Shown here: positions 21,316-30,235 of the stretch, one piece after another | How the letters are laid out: each line of letters opens with the position of its first letter | Numbering within the stretch: the stretch's first letter is position 1 | Origin: Clostridia bacterium | GTDB lineage: Bacteria > Bacillota > Peptococcia > Peptococcales > SKKY01 | Reading direction: 5' to 3' | DNA: 34,697 nt | Assembly: GCA_007123515.1 (NCBI GenBank) | Contig: SKKY01000159.1 | Location: 1 to 34,697, forward strand | Made by a program: the position numbers and the translations under genes | Notes under the pieces: generated by a model | Told to the model about the DNA's origin: nothing | Database searches by the model: none | The model's input: only the letters and a program-made list of their open reading frames with translations

Positions 21316-21335
21316 TCAGGGAGGAAAGAGTAATA

Positions 21336-22703
21336 ATGAACAGCTATGATTTTAACCGGATTCACTTTTATCAATATGACGACTTATATATCCTGATTGA
21401 TATTAATTCGGACAGTATTCATCAGATTGATGAAATGACGTATCACTTATTACAGATATTAAAAGAAACTAATGACTGCCAAGCAGCAATTATGGAGATG
21501 CAGAAAGCCGGATATCAAAAGGATGAAGTACAGGAAGTTATAAATGAAATTGATGAGCTGGCAGAAGAAGGGATACTATTTTCCTCTGATGAAGAGATTC
21601 TGCGTTTTATGCCGGAGCAGAATCCTATCGTTAAAGCGATGTGTCTGCATATCGCTCACGACTGTAATTTGCGCTGTCCATATTGTTTTGCTGATCAGGG
21701 ACCTTACGGGGGAGATCTTTCATTGATGGATGAAGATACAGGTGTAGCTGCCATTGACTTCTTGTTTGAGGCCTCGGGTAACAGGAAGAATCTGAACATT
21801 GACTTTTTTGGTGGAGAGCCCTTGATGAATTTTGATGTCGTAAAAGAGCTAATTTTGTATATCGGTAAAAAATCAGAAGAAACAGGGAAAGTTCCAGAGC
21901 TGACCCTTACGACTAATGCGCTTTTGCTTGACAAAGAAAAAGGTGATTTTCTTAAAAAACATGAAATCAGTGTGGTTTTAAGTATTGACGGACGTCCGGA
22001 AGTTCACGACAAAATGCGTTTTACGGCTAACCAAAAAGGTTCTTATGATACGGTTATGAAGAACATTCAGGAATTTATAAAAGACGGGTACTCAAAATAT
22101 ATTGTACGAGGTACGTTTACCAGTGAAAATCTTGATTTTGTTAAAGATTTACAACATCTTAGCGATTACGGATTGAAGAATTTATCAATAGAACCGGTGG
22201 TGGCTCCGGAGAGTGCATCGTATGCAATAAAAGAAAGCGATATTCCTGTCGTGCTTGAAAGTTATGAAGAGTTGACCCGCCTGCTTGAAAAAAATGAGGA
22301 GTTTAACTTTTTTCATTTTAATATCGATATATACAAAGGGCCTTGCCTGCCTAAAAGAATTTCAGCCTGCGGTGCGGGTCATGAATATCTTGCCATAAGT
22401 CCTAAAGGGGACATTTATCCCTGTCATCAGTTTGTTGGGAATCTGGACTTTAAGATGGGTACAGTGCAAACTGGCTATAAAAAGGATATCGGAAAAACAT
22501 TGCAGAATGCAAACGTCTTAAATAAACAGGAGTGTATGAGTTGCTGGGCAAGGTTTTACTGCAGTGGGGGTTGCCATGCTAGTAACCATTATGACCGTGG
22601 TGATTTGATGCAAGTTTACCGCACAGGATGTGAATTACAGAAAAAAAGGATTGAATGCGCGATAGCTCTTGTTTTAAAAAAGAACAATAGGGTAGCAGAC
22701 TAA
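21336..22703 (+). CDS. scfB: SCIFF radical SAM/SPASM thioether maturase
   Basis: KAMCLHIAHDCNLRCPYCFA, DFFGGEP, CGAG.EY, YPCHQF, C..CWARFYCSGGC; ATG 21336 after GGAGG. Confidence 0.95.
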   Translation: MNSYDFNRIHFYQYDDLYILIDINSDSIHQIDEMTYHLLQILKETNDCQAAIMEMQKAGYQKDEVQEVINEIDELAEEGILFSSDEEILRFMPEQNPIVKAMCLHIAHDCNLRCPYCFADQGPYGGDLSLMDEDTGVAAIDFLFEASGNRKNLNIDFFGGEPLMNFDVVKELILYIGKKSEETGKVPELTLTTNALLLDKEKGDFLKKHEISVVLSIDGRPEVHDKMRFTANQKGSYDTVMKNIQEFIKDGYSKYIVRGTFTSENLDFVKDLQHLSDYGLKNLSIEPVVAPESASYAIKESDIPVVLESYEELTRLLEKNEEFNFFHFNIDIYKGPCLPKRISACGAGHEYLAISPKGDIYPCHQFVGNLDFKMGTVQTGYKKDIGKTLQNANVLNKQECMSCWARFYCSGGCHASNHYDRGDLMQVYRTGCELQKKRIECAIALVLKKNNRVAD

Positions 22704-22761
22704 AATGTTTTATGATATAATTCGTCTTGCGAAAGATTCGCGAAAAGGAGGTGTCCAGGAC

Positions 22762-24156
22762 ATACGTACTTTAGTCGAAGAACTTAAAGCAAAGATTGAT
22801 GCAAAAAAGATTGATGCAAAAAAAGTAAACAAAATACATATGATTGCAGCAGCGATGTGTCTGCTTGTAATGATATCTTTTTTCATAATGGGTAGTTCTG
22901 ATCAGGTTTTAGTGGCTGGTGATCAGGGCATTGCAAAAGTAAGTAACCAAAGTGTCTATGAAGAAGCACTGGAAATTTTGAAGGCCGAGCAGGAAGCGGA
23001 GCTTGGAGTTTCGATTGACGAATTGCATTCAGAGATAAGCTTTTCAACAGAAGTTAAATATGCCGGCAAATCGATTTCGGATCCGCGGGAATTAGTTTCA
23101 TTAATTTCTCCTTACGTATCTGGCACGACGAATGCATATGCGTTACAGGTTAATGATGTACAGCGTGTTTTCGTTAAAACAGAAGAAGAAGCTGAAAAGA
23201 TACTTGAAAGCATTAAAGATAAATTCATTGGTGAGAGTGAAGAAGTGGTAGCTTATGAATTTAGAGAAAACGTGGAAGTCGTTCAAGTGGCGGTTGCTGC
23301 AACAAAAATAATGGAGACAGAAGAAGCCAAAAACTTTATCTTAACAGGTACTGATAAAATAGAAGTCTACAAAGTTGCAAAAGGTGATACCCTTTCAACG
23401 ATTGCTCAGAAACAGGGAGTGGGGTTAAGCACATTACGTGAGGCAAACCCTCAGTTAAAAGGAGATTTGCTGTCTATCGGACAGGAATTAAAGCTTGTAA
23501 AATTAGAGCCTGTATTGCATGTTATGGTGACAAAAGAAGTAAAGGTAGAACAACAAATTCCATTTTCTACCAGAACCATTAATACCAATAATTTATATAC
23601 CGGGCAGACTCGGGTTCAGAAAGCCGGTACTAGAGGGCTTAAAGAAGTAACCTATAAAGTGGTGTCGGAAAATGGGCGTGAGCTTAATAGGGAAGAACTT
23701 GGTGCAGTTGTTTTACAGGAACCATCTGTACAGGAAGTATTAAGAGGAACCAAGCAAATGACCGCATCTCGTGGAGGCGGTGATGGTCAGTTAGGCTGGC
23801 CATTAAGAGGTAACATCACTTCCAGATACGGCCCAAGAGGTGGAGGTTTCCATACAGGGATTGATATTGGCGCTTCAAGAGGAACACCCACCTATTCTGC
23901 AGGAAATGGGACTGTCATCTTTGCCGGATGGGGTTCAGGCGGCTATGGCAACCTGGTGATCATTGATCATGGAAACGGATTAACAACCAAATATGCACAT
24001 CTTGCATCGATTAATGTAAAGATGGCACAAAACGTTTCAAGAGGCGCTGTTGTCGGAACAGTGGGGACGACAGGCAGGAGCACCGGGCCTCACCTTCATT
24101 TCGAAACGAATGTAAACGGACGTCATGTTAATCCAACAAGGTATCTTGGCAATTAA
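22762..24156 (+). CDS. LysM/G5/M23 cell-wall endopeptidase; probable ATA start (ORF track start 22705)
   Basis: YKVAKGDTLSTIA LysM, G5 domain, HTGID and HLH motifs; AAGGAGGTG RBS 8 nt before an in-frame ATA. Confidence 0.88.
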   Translation: MRTLVEELKAKIDAKKIDAKKVNKIHMIAAAMCLLVMISFFIMGSSDQVLVAGDQGIAKVSNQSVYEEALEILKAEQEAELGVSIDELHSEISFSTEVKYAGKSISDPRELVSLISPYVSGTTNAYALQVNDVQRVFVKTEEEAEKILESIKDKFIGESEEVVAYEFRENVEVVQVAVAATKIMETEEAKNFILTGTDKIEVYKVAKGDTLSTIAQKQGVGLSTLREANPQLKGDLLSIGQELKLVKLEPVLHVMVTKEVKVEQQIPFSTRTINTNNLYTGQTRVQKAGTRGLKEVTYKVVSENGRELNREELGAVVLQEPSVQEVLRGTKQMTASRGGGDGQLGWPLRGNITSRYGPRGGGFHTGIDIGASRGTPTYSAGNGTVIFAGWGSGGYGNLVIIDHGNGLTTKYAHLASINVKMAQNVSRGAVVGTVGTTGRSTGPHLHFETNVNGRHVNPTRYLGN

Positions 24157-24167
24157 CAAAAATTATC

Positions 24168-24199
24168 AACCACAGGTTAAAATAGCCTGTGGTTTTTTT
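24168..24199 (+). terminator. Intrinsic terminator
   Basis: AACCACAGG/CCTGTGGTT stem plus T-run. Confidence 0.8.
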
Positions 24200-24228
24200 A
24201 AAGAAAAAATTCAGAATATGAGGTACTT

Positions 24229-26052
24229 TTGATGAGAATCGTTGTTTCAACATTGCTTGTCTGGACTATTTTTTTTACGATGAGTCTAAATCCAATAATC
24301 TATAACCAGAATCGCGAGGTGCCTATTGCCCGGGAAATAGTCTATGATCTTGTCGTGTATGGTGCAGACCCTGAAGGAATTGCTGCGGCTACAGTTGCCG
24401 GTGAACGAGGGCTCAGTGTATTAGTTATTGAAGAGAGATCCGATATTGGTGGGTTGATGACACTCGGTGGCCTAAACTTTATTGACATGAATTATGATTC
24501 TCAAAGGAACCTGGTAACCCGTGGTATTTTCAAAAGATTTTATGACAATGTAGGCGGAAATGCCTTTGAAATCGATAAGGCCCATGAAGTCTTTAAGACT
24601 TTTTTGCTTGATAGCAAAGCTGATCTGATGCTTAATACGGAAGTAACATACCTTACCCTAGAAAATAAAAGGATTAAGAATATTACGGTTAACCAAAACG
24701 GAGAACTGCACAAGATCGAGGCCTCTTATTTTATTGACGCTTCACCTGATGGTGTGCTAGCAGCCATGGCAGGCGTTCCTTATACGCTGTTTGGAGAAGA
24801 CATCCGAAAGCCTGACCGCCTGATGGGAGTGACACTTGTTTTTGCTCTTGATCAGGTTAACTGGAACCATGTTTTTGTGCATCTGAATACTAATCGTATT
24901 CAGGGGATCATAGCTAATGATGAACGAAAAATCTATGGAGCAGGATTCAGAACGGCCTGGGGATATCCGGATGAGGGGTATCGATATCAACCAAGGGACG
25001 AACAAATGCGTTTAAGGGGGTTAAATGCTGCCAGACAGAATGACGGAACGGTACTCATCAATGCGCTGCTCATCTTTGATGTCAACCCGCTTGATCCTGT
25101 AAGTAAGGCTCGTGCTTTTGACAGAGCAAAAAAAGAATTAGAACATGTCATTCCCTATATTCAAGAAAATTTTGCGGGCTTTAAAAATGCCCGTTTAGTC
25201 GGAACGGCTGATGATCTCTATGTCAGAGAATCAAGACATTTTTTAACAACCTATGTTCTTAGCATTGATGATGTGCTTGAGAATCGATCTTTTGACGATC
25301 AAATTGCGATAGGCAGTTATCCTGTTGACATTCAGCCTTCACAACCCGGAGACTGGGGAACCATTGTTGGGGACCCTGATAAGTACGGGATTCCTTATCG
25401 GTGTTTGCTTCCTGAAGATTTTGAAAATTTACTTCTGGCAGGTAAACACGCCGGATACTCTTCTTTAGCCGCAGGAAGTGCGAGAGTGATTCCGATTGGT
25501 ATGGTAACTGCTGAAGCAGCAGCTCTGGCAACAGTTTTAGCTGTTGAAAAAAATACTTCATTCCCGGAAATTGCAAATAATGATAATTATTTTTCTTTGC
25601 TTCAGGAGCAGATCATTGCTAACGATGGCTTTATTGAGACGTTTATCATTGAAAATCCTCTGGAAAGGTACACAGGATATGAACATATGAAAAACTTGCG
25701 TCGGATGGGCTTGGTTTTTGGGAGGTACCAAAACGAATACCATTTTGATCAGATTATTGATAAATGGACGTTTGACCGTATTTTCAGGGGTCTTTTGGAA
25801 TATCATAACAGAGCAGAAGATTTTGTAAGAATCGATCAATACCCGAATTATGGCAGCATTGCTAGACTTGTTTACCAGGTGGAACATGGATACGTTCCGG
25901 ACATACAAGACGCATATGATTTTGGCCTGGAACAAAAATTATTCAGAAATCTCGATTATTGGACAACAGAAAGAATCAATGCTCATCCGAATGTGGAAGA
26001 AATTTACATCTTTTTAAGCAATTTTAATGATTATTTATCAAAAAAGGATTAG
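24229..26052 (+). CDS. Exported FAD-dependent oxidoreductase (FAD_oxidored-like)
   Basis: Hydrophobic N-terminus, YDLVVYGADPEGIAAA, LYVRESRH, YGIPYRCL, AGSARVIP. Confidence 0.8.
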   Translation: MMRIVVSTLLVWTIFFTMSLNPIIYNQNREVPIAREIVYDLVVYGADPEGIAAATVAGERGLSVLVIEERSDIGGLMTLGGLNFIDMNYDSQRNLVTRGIFKRFYDNVGGNAFEIDKAHEVFKTFLLDSKADLMLNTEVTYLTLENKRIKNITVNQNGELHKIEASYFIDASPDGVLAAMAGVPYTLFGEDIRKPDRLMGVTLVFALDQVNWNHVFVHLNTNRIQGIIANDERKIYGAGFRTAWGYPDEGYRYQPRDEQMRLRGLNAARQNDGTVLINALLIFDVNPLDPVSKARAFDRAKKELEHVIPYIQENFAGFKNARLVGTADDLYVRESRHFLTTYVLSIDDVLENRSFDDQIAIGSYPVDIQPSQPGDWGTIVGDPDKYGIPYRCLLPEDFENLLLAGKHAGYSSLAAGSARVIPIGMVTAEAAALATVLAVEKNTSFPEIANNDNYFSLLQEQIIANDGFIETFIIENPLERYTGYEHMKNLRRMGLVFGRYQNEYHFDQIIDKWTFDRIFRGLLEYHNRAEDFVRIDQYPNYGSIARLVYQVEHGYVPDIQDAYDFGLEQKLFRNLDYWTTERINAHPNVEEIYIFLSNFNDYLSKKD

Positions 26053-26098
26053 AATAGAAGGAGAACCAAGCAATACGTTAAGAAAAGGTGTGTGAAAA

Positions 26099-27025
26099 AT
26101 GATTTATGACGTGATAATTATTGGTGCCGGACCAGCTGGAATGACCAGTGCCATTTATACAAAAAGAAGTGGACTTAATGTCCTGGTAATTGAACAGGGC
26201 ATGCCGGGAGGACAGGCCGCAACCACGCATGCTATTGAAAATTATCCAGGGTTTAAGGAGCCGATTTCAGGACCGGACTTAATGTTGAATTTTTTTGAAC
26301 AGATGATGAGTTTTGGTGTAGAAATGGTGACAAAGCGTGTTGAAAAAATCAACATTTCAGAACCGGTGAAAGAGGTTGTGACATCGGATGCCACATATCA
26401 GGCAAAAGCGTTAATTCTTGCCTCCGGAGCTCAGCCGAGATTACTAGGTGCTGAGGGAGAGGGCAAGTACCGTGGTAAAGGAGTTTCGTACTGTGCTACT
26501 TGTGATGGTTTTTTCTTTAAAGATAAAGATGTGGTGGTTGTCGGTGGTGGCGATTCGGCTCTGGAGGAGTCGCTATATCTAAGCAAGATCTGTAAATCGG
26601 TTACGATCATCCATCGACGCGAAACCTTCCGTGGTGCTAAAATTTTGCAGGATAGGGTCTATGCTGCTGAAAACATTACAGTTATGATGGATTACATGGT
26701 TGAAGAAATTGCCGGAACAGAAGATAAGGTGACGGCGTTGCAGATTAAGCATGTAAATACAGAGGAAGCTTCTTCTCTTGCTACAGATGGTGTCTTTATC
26801 TTTGTTGGATATTTACCTAATGCCGACTATATAGTACCGGAAAACGGTTTGCTTCAAGATGGCCTGGGGTACATCGGAACAGATGAAACTTTGATGACAG
26901 ATCAGCCCGGTGTTTTTGTTGCAGGTGATTTGCGTGTGAAAACACTGCGACAGGTAACCACAGCTGTTGGCGACGGTGCTCTTGTTAATGTGGCTGTTGA
27001 ACGTTATTTATCGGAGGTGAACTAA
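26099..27025 (+). CDS. trxB: Thioredoxin-disulfide reductase
   Basis: GAGPAG, ENYPG, GVSYCATCDG, GGGDSA. Confidence 0.96.
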   Translation: MIYDVIIIGAGPAGMTSAIYTKRSGLNVLVIEQGMPGGQAATTHAIENYPGFKEPISGPDLMLNFFEQMMSFGVEMVTKRVEKINISEPVKEVVTSDATYQAKALILASGAQPRLLGAEGEGKYRGKGVSYCATCDGFFFKDKDVVVVGGGDSALEESLYLSKICKSVTIIHRRETFRGAKILQDRVYAAENITVMMDYMVEEIAGTEDKVTALQIKHVNTEEASSLATDGVFIFVGYLPNADYIVPENGLLQDGLGYIGTDETLMTDQPGVFVAGDLRVKTLRQVTTAVGDGALVNVAVERYLSEVN

Positions 27026-27026
27026 G

Positions 27027-27143
27027 ATGGGAATAAGAAATCGTTCTAAAGGTCAGCGGATTTTTCTGATCACCTTAGTTGTGATATTATGCATCGGTTT
27101 AATACTACCTTCGTTTGCTGCTTTGCTGGCAGCGATTGTATAG
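27027..27143 (+). CDS. 38-aa single-pass membrane peptide, not in the ORF track
   Basis: MGIRNRSKGQRIFLITLVVILCIGLILPSFAALLAAIV; GGAGGTG RBS; fills the trxB-walJ gap. Confidence 0.7.
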   Translation: MGIRNRSKGQRIFLITLVVILCIGLILPSFAALLAAIV

Positions 27144-27155
27144 AAAGAGGAATCC

Positions 27156-27947
27156 ATGAAATTTTGTTCAATTGCAAGCGGATCAAGCGGAAATTGTTAC
27201 TATCTTGAAATAGAAGAGCAGAAATATTTGGTAGATGCCGGTATTTCTTTTAAAAGAATTAGAGAAGGCCTGGCGGGTATTAACGTAGACATTGCGGATA
27301 TCGCCGGGCTCTTTGTTACGCATGAACATACAGACCATGTCAGTGCCCTGCCGATGATCTTAAAAAAAACACAGATCCCGATTTTTTCTTCAACGGGAAC
27401 GTTAAGGGCCCTGCAGGGAAAATTTGAAGGACTTAGTACAACCAGACTTCATGATCTGTCAGTTGTTAATCCATTAGTAAGTGGTGATACGATGGTGACG
27501 TCCTTTAATGTCTACCACGATGCAGCCAATCCGATTGGTTTCGTTTTTGAATCAAGGCAAGCGAATAAAAAGGTAGGCATCGTCACAGATACCGGAAAGA
27601 TAGACCCAGAGATAACCGAAAAAATTCATGGGGTGAATCTTTTAGTTGTAGAAGCTAATTATGATGAACATACATTAAAAAATGGAGATTATCCGGCATT
27701 TTTAAAAAGAAGGATATTATCTTCTGATGGACATTTGTCAAATCTGGCAGCCGCTAAAATCCTTCATGATATCTGTCATGAAAGATTATCACATGTTTTT
27801 TTAGGGCACCTTAGTAAAGAAAACAATCTGCCTTTTATAGCGAAAGATGCGGTCTGTCAGTTCTTAGAAGATTTCAGTAAAGAGATTACCTTTGAGCTCG
27901 ACTGTTTATCCAGAAATATGCCAGGAGAACTGATAGTCGTAAAGTGA
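27156..27947 (+). CDS. walJ: MBL-fold metallo-hydrolase, YycJ/WalJ family
   Basis: SIASGSSGN, THEHTDH, HDAA, TDTG, EANYD, GHLSN, HLSKENN. Confidence 0.9.
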   Translation: MKFCSIASGSSGNCYYLEIEEQKYLVDAGISFKRIREGLAGINVDIADIAGLFVTHEHTDHVSALPMILKKTQIPIFSSTGTLRALQGKFEGLSTTRLHDLSVVNPLVSGDTMVTSFNVYHDAANPIGFVFESRQANKKVGIVTDTGKIDPEITEKIHGVNLLVVEANYDEHTLKNGDYPAFLKRRILSSDGHLSNLAAAKILHDICHERLSHVFLGHLSKENNLPFIAKDAVCQFLEDFSKEITFELDCLSRNMPGELIVVK

Positions 27948-28000
27948 CATACCCCCACCACTTATAGAAGTGGGGGCTTCTTGTTTCAATGACTACCGCC
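27944..28000 (-). mobile_element. Isolated IS200/IS605-type right-end remnant ending in TCAC
   Basis: Minus strand reads GGCGGTAGTCATTGAAACAAGAAGCCCCCACTTCTATAAGTGGTGGGGGTATGTCAC: subterminal hairpin plus TCAC, recalled as typical of tnpB-element ends. Confidence 0.7.
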
Positions 28001-28057
28001 TCATTAGCTGCTGAAATAAAAAAAGTTGGAAAATGTATTTAAAAAACAAAAAAAGCA

Positions 28058-28120
28058 TTGACAAACAGGATAAACAGCGTATAATATTCATTATTATTCA
28101 TGTTGTTGAATATTTATTCA
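28058..28120 (+). promoter_or_regulatory. Promoter plus candidate repressor operator
   Basis: TTGACA-16bp-TATAAT at 28058-28085; TATTCA-N6-TGAATA inverted repeat at 28095-28112. Confidence 0.65.
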
Positions 28121-28132
28121 GGAGTGTTGTTT

Positions 28133-28660
28133 ATGCTTTATTCAGTAAGACATGCAACGGAAAAAGATGTTCCGTTTATTACAGAAATTTTCAATCAGGG
28201 TATTGAAGACGGAGTTGCCACGTTGGAAACCAGAGTTCAGAAAGATGAAGACATTCATAATTGGCTCACTAACAGAGATCCAAGATATGTTGTTATCGTG
28301 GTGCTTAATAATATAAATGAAATCTGCGGATATGCTTCGTTAAATAAATTTAACTTTAAAAGTGCTTATACAGGAGTAGCTGATATTTCCATTTATATAA
28401 AAAGATCTTCAAGAGGACAGGGTGTTGGCAAAATACTCTTAGACGGTTTATATGAAGCGGCAAAAAAAGAAGGTTTCTACAAGTTGGTTCTTAATGTTAT
28501 CAGCAAAAACAAAGCAGCGATTAAGTTTTATGAAAAGATGGGTTATTCCTATGTCGGAGTCTATAAAAATCAGGGAATGCTTCATGGTGAGTGGGTCGAT
28601 ATGATGATTATGGAGAAATTTTTAGCCGAAGGACTTAGCGACCAGGAATGTGCAGGATAA
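28133..28660 (+). CDS. GNAT N-acetyltransferase, ArsN1 family A / phosphinothricin acetyltransferase-like
   Basis: IFNQGIEDGVATLET, ADISIYI...RGQGVG, G.L.G.WVD; ATG 28133 after AGGAGTG. Confidence 0.8.
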   Translation: MLYSVRHATEKDVPFITEIFNQGIEDGVATLETRVQKDEDIHNWLTNRDPRYVVIVVLNNINEICGYASLNKFNFKSAYTGVADISIYIKRSSRGQGVGKILLDGLYEAAKKEGFYKLVLNVISKNKAAIKFYEKMGYSYVGVYKNQGMLHGEWVDMMIMEKFLAEGLSDQECAG

Positions 28661-28685
28661 TTTAAATAAATAAGATAAAGAGAGC

Positions 28686-28744
28686 AAAACCATAAGAGAC
28701 GTTTCTAACCGGTACACTGGTGGGAACGTCTCTTATGGTTTTTA
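28686..28744 (+). terminator. Long hairpin terminator with a degenerate REP-like core
   Basis: AAAACCATAAGAGACGTT...AACGTCTCTTATGGTTTT. Confidence 0.7.
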
Positions 28745-28790
28745 TTTATAGCGATATTTGGACGAATGCGGTTATAAAAGGCTTTAAGGA

Positions 28791-28805
28791 TTGACAATCC
28801 CACAG
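28791..28805 (-). mobile_element. Distal half of the interrupted IS200/IS605-type right end (ends TCAA)
   Basis: Minus strand CTGTGGGATTGTCAA; pairs with CAAGAATCCCATTG at 31946-31933. Confidence 0.7.
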
Positions 28806-28825
28806 CTTTAGTTATCTTGACTAGA

Positions 28826-28862
28826 AAAGAGGGAGCCTTCTATTTCAAGGGGCTCCCTCTTT
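28826..28862. terminator. Subterminal hairpin/terminator at the transposon left end
   Basis: AAAGAGGGAGCCTT...GGGGCTCCCTCTTT (with G-U pairs). Confidence 0.7.
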
Positions 28863-28957
28863 ATATACATATACACAAAGTATAAACATGTTTAATTTTT
28901 GATGATCTGTGACGCATAAATCAGATACTACGCACATAAGTGTTTTTAAACATTATC

Positions 28958-30235
28958 TCAAGTTTGAACTGCCGATTTAATTTTCAACTCCTCTGTTTCA
29001 ATACAAAATAACCATTCAATTTTCTCCAATTCGGATTCTTTACTATCTTCCCAGTTAGCGTTAGTAAAAGCAGTTATAAATTTAAGGGTACTCCCATCAT
29101 CTGACCAGGACATATCTTTGTATTTCAGCATAGGTTCTCGAGAGTGAAGTATATTAAAACCTTCCTGTTCTAAAACGGTATTCAGCTTTTCCACATCAAG
29201 GGTAACCACATTTTCCTTTTGTTTTAGGTTATCTATATGCAACCAACTTCTTGGGCCATCTTCAGTAGAGATATAGGCAATATTTTCTTCGTCAGGAGAC
29301 CATTTTTTCTCCATTGCTAAGTCTCCCCACCCAATATTGGTAAAATTAACTTCATTATCGTTTAAGTCAATTATACCAAAAGCACCTATACGGAAAGGAC
29401 AAGCACCATAATTGTCTAAATCAAAAGCAATTTTATCTTCTGTAGGGGATATTTTCATAGCTCCAATGCCGTTAAAATAGTGAGGGGTTGGTGCTTCAGG
29501 ATTATCACCTAAGTATCCTTCTACTCCCTGGTACTCTAAAATAGTAGAACAAATAATTTTGCTCCAGTCTTCTTCCAAAACACTATACAGGTCCTCAATA
29601 CTAAATAATCTCTTGCCGTTATAGTACCACTTGATATTGGCCTTCTCCAGTCGCTCTGATAATTCAGGGGCTTTTTCATCAAGCTGACGAATGATGATCG
29701 TCTCTTCTAATTCGACCAATTCTTCTTCCACAACTAAGCGGTTAAAAGCCTTTATTGGAGGGCCCCGTCTTTCCCTCTCCAACTCCTTTCCCAGGTCCAA
29801 GATTCCTCCATCAATTTTGTCTTCTTCTCCTTTAACCAGTATCTGTTCCAGCTCTTCTGGTATATCACGGTCAAGCTCATGCTCGGCTGTTTGCTCCTCA
29901 AAAACAGCCATTAGATTTTTATCTTCAATTATTTCCAGCTTATGTCTTTTATCTGTGCTTAACTGATCCCCTTCTTTTTCCCATGCAACAAACTCGTAGC
30001 CTTCTTTGGGAGTGGCTTCTACTGTTATCTCTTCCCCTTCTTCATAAATGCCTTCTCCTATTATTTCGCCAACATCCTCAGGATCAGCTTGTACCTCTAC
30101 TTTGTATTCATTTACTTCATCTTGTTTATCCTGCTCATCCTCTGCTTTTTCCTCTGAAGCACATCCTGTAATAAAAATTGTTAAAGCTGTTAAGCTTATT
30201 ACTATCACTAAATAAGCTGATTTTCTTACTGGCAC
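28958..30235 (-). CDS. Acidic lipoprotein with an InlB-B/bacterial-repeat-like domain and WSPD-type repeats (transposon cargo)
   Basis: Lipobox ITGC; G.G.YEEGEEITVEATPKEGYEFVAW repeat; ISPTEDKIAF, WSPDEENIAY and WSDDGSTL motifs; GTG start after GAGAGGTG. Confidence 0.8.
   Translation of the reverse strand: MPVRKSAYLVIVISLTALTIFITGCASEEKAEDEQDKQDEVNEYKVEVQADPEDVGEIIGEGIYEEGEEITVEATPKEGYEFVAWEKEGDQLSTDKRHKLEIIEDKNLMAVFEEQTAEHELDRDIPEELEQILVKGEEDKIDGGILDLGKELERERRGPPIKAFNRLVVEEELVELEETIIIRQLDEKAPELSERLEKANIKWYYNGKRLFSIEDLYSVLEEDWSKIICSTILEYQGVEGYLGDNPEAPTPHYFNGIGAMKISPTEDKIAFDLDNYGACPFRIGAFGIIDLNDNEVNFTNIGWGDLAMEKKWSPDEENIAYISTEDGPRSWLHIDNLKQKENVVTLDVEKLNTVLEQEGFNILHSREPMLKYKDMSWSDDGSTLKFITAFTNANWEDSKESELEKIEWLFCIETEELKIKSAVQT

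Noticed and set aside
21104-21349. 81-aa ORF, and the 21237 start for scfB
   Set aside because: The ORF is an off-frame shadow of scfA running through the terminator and palindrome; the RBS supports 21336 for scfB.
22791-22820. 15-bp tandem duplication (KIDAK twice)
   Set aside because: Two in-frame copies in a variable N-terminus; no sign of phase variation.
28791-28796. TTGACA as a -35 promoter element
   Set aside because: There is no good -10 at 16-18 bp and no downstream plus-strand gene; it is the complement of the IS-end TGTCAA.
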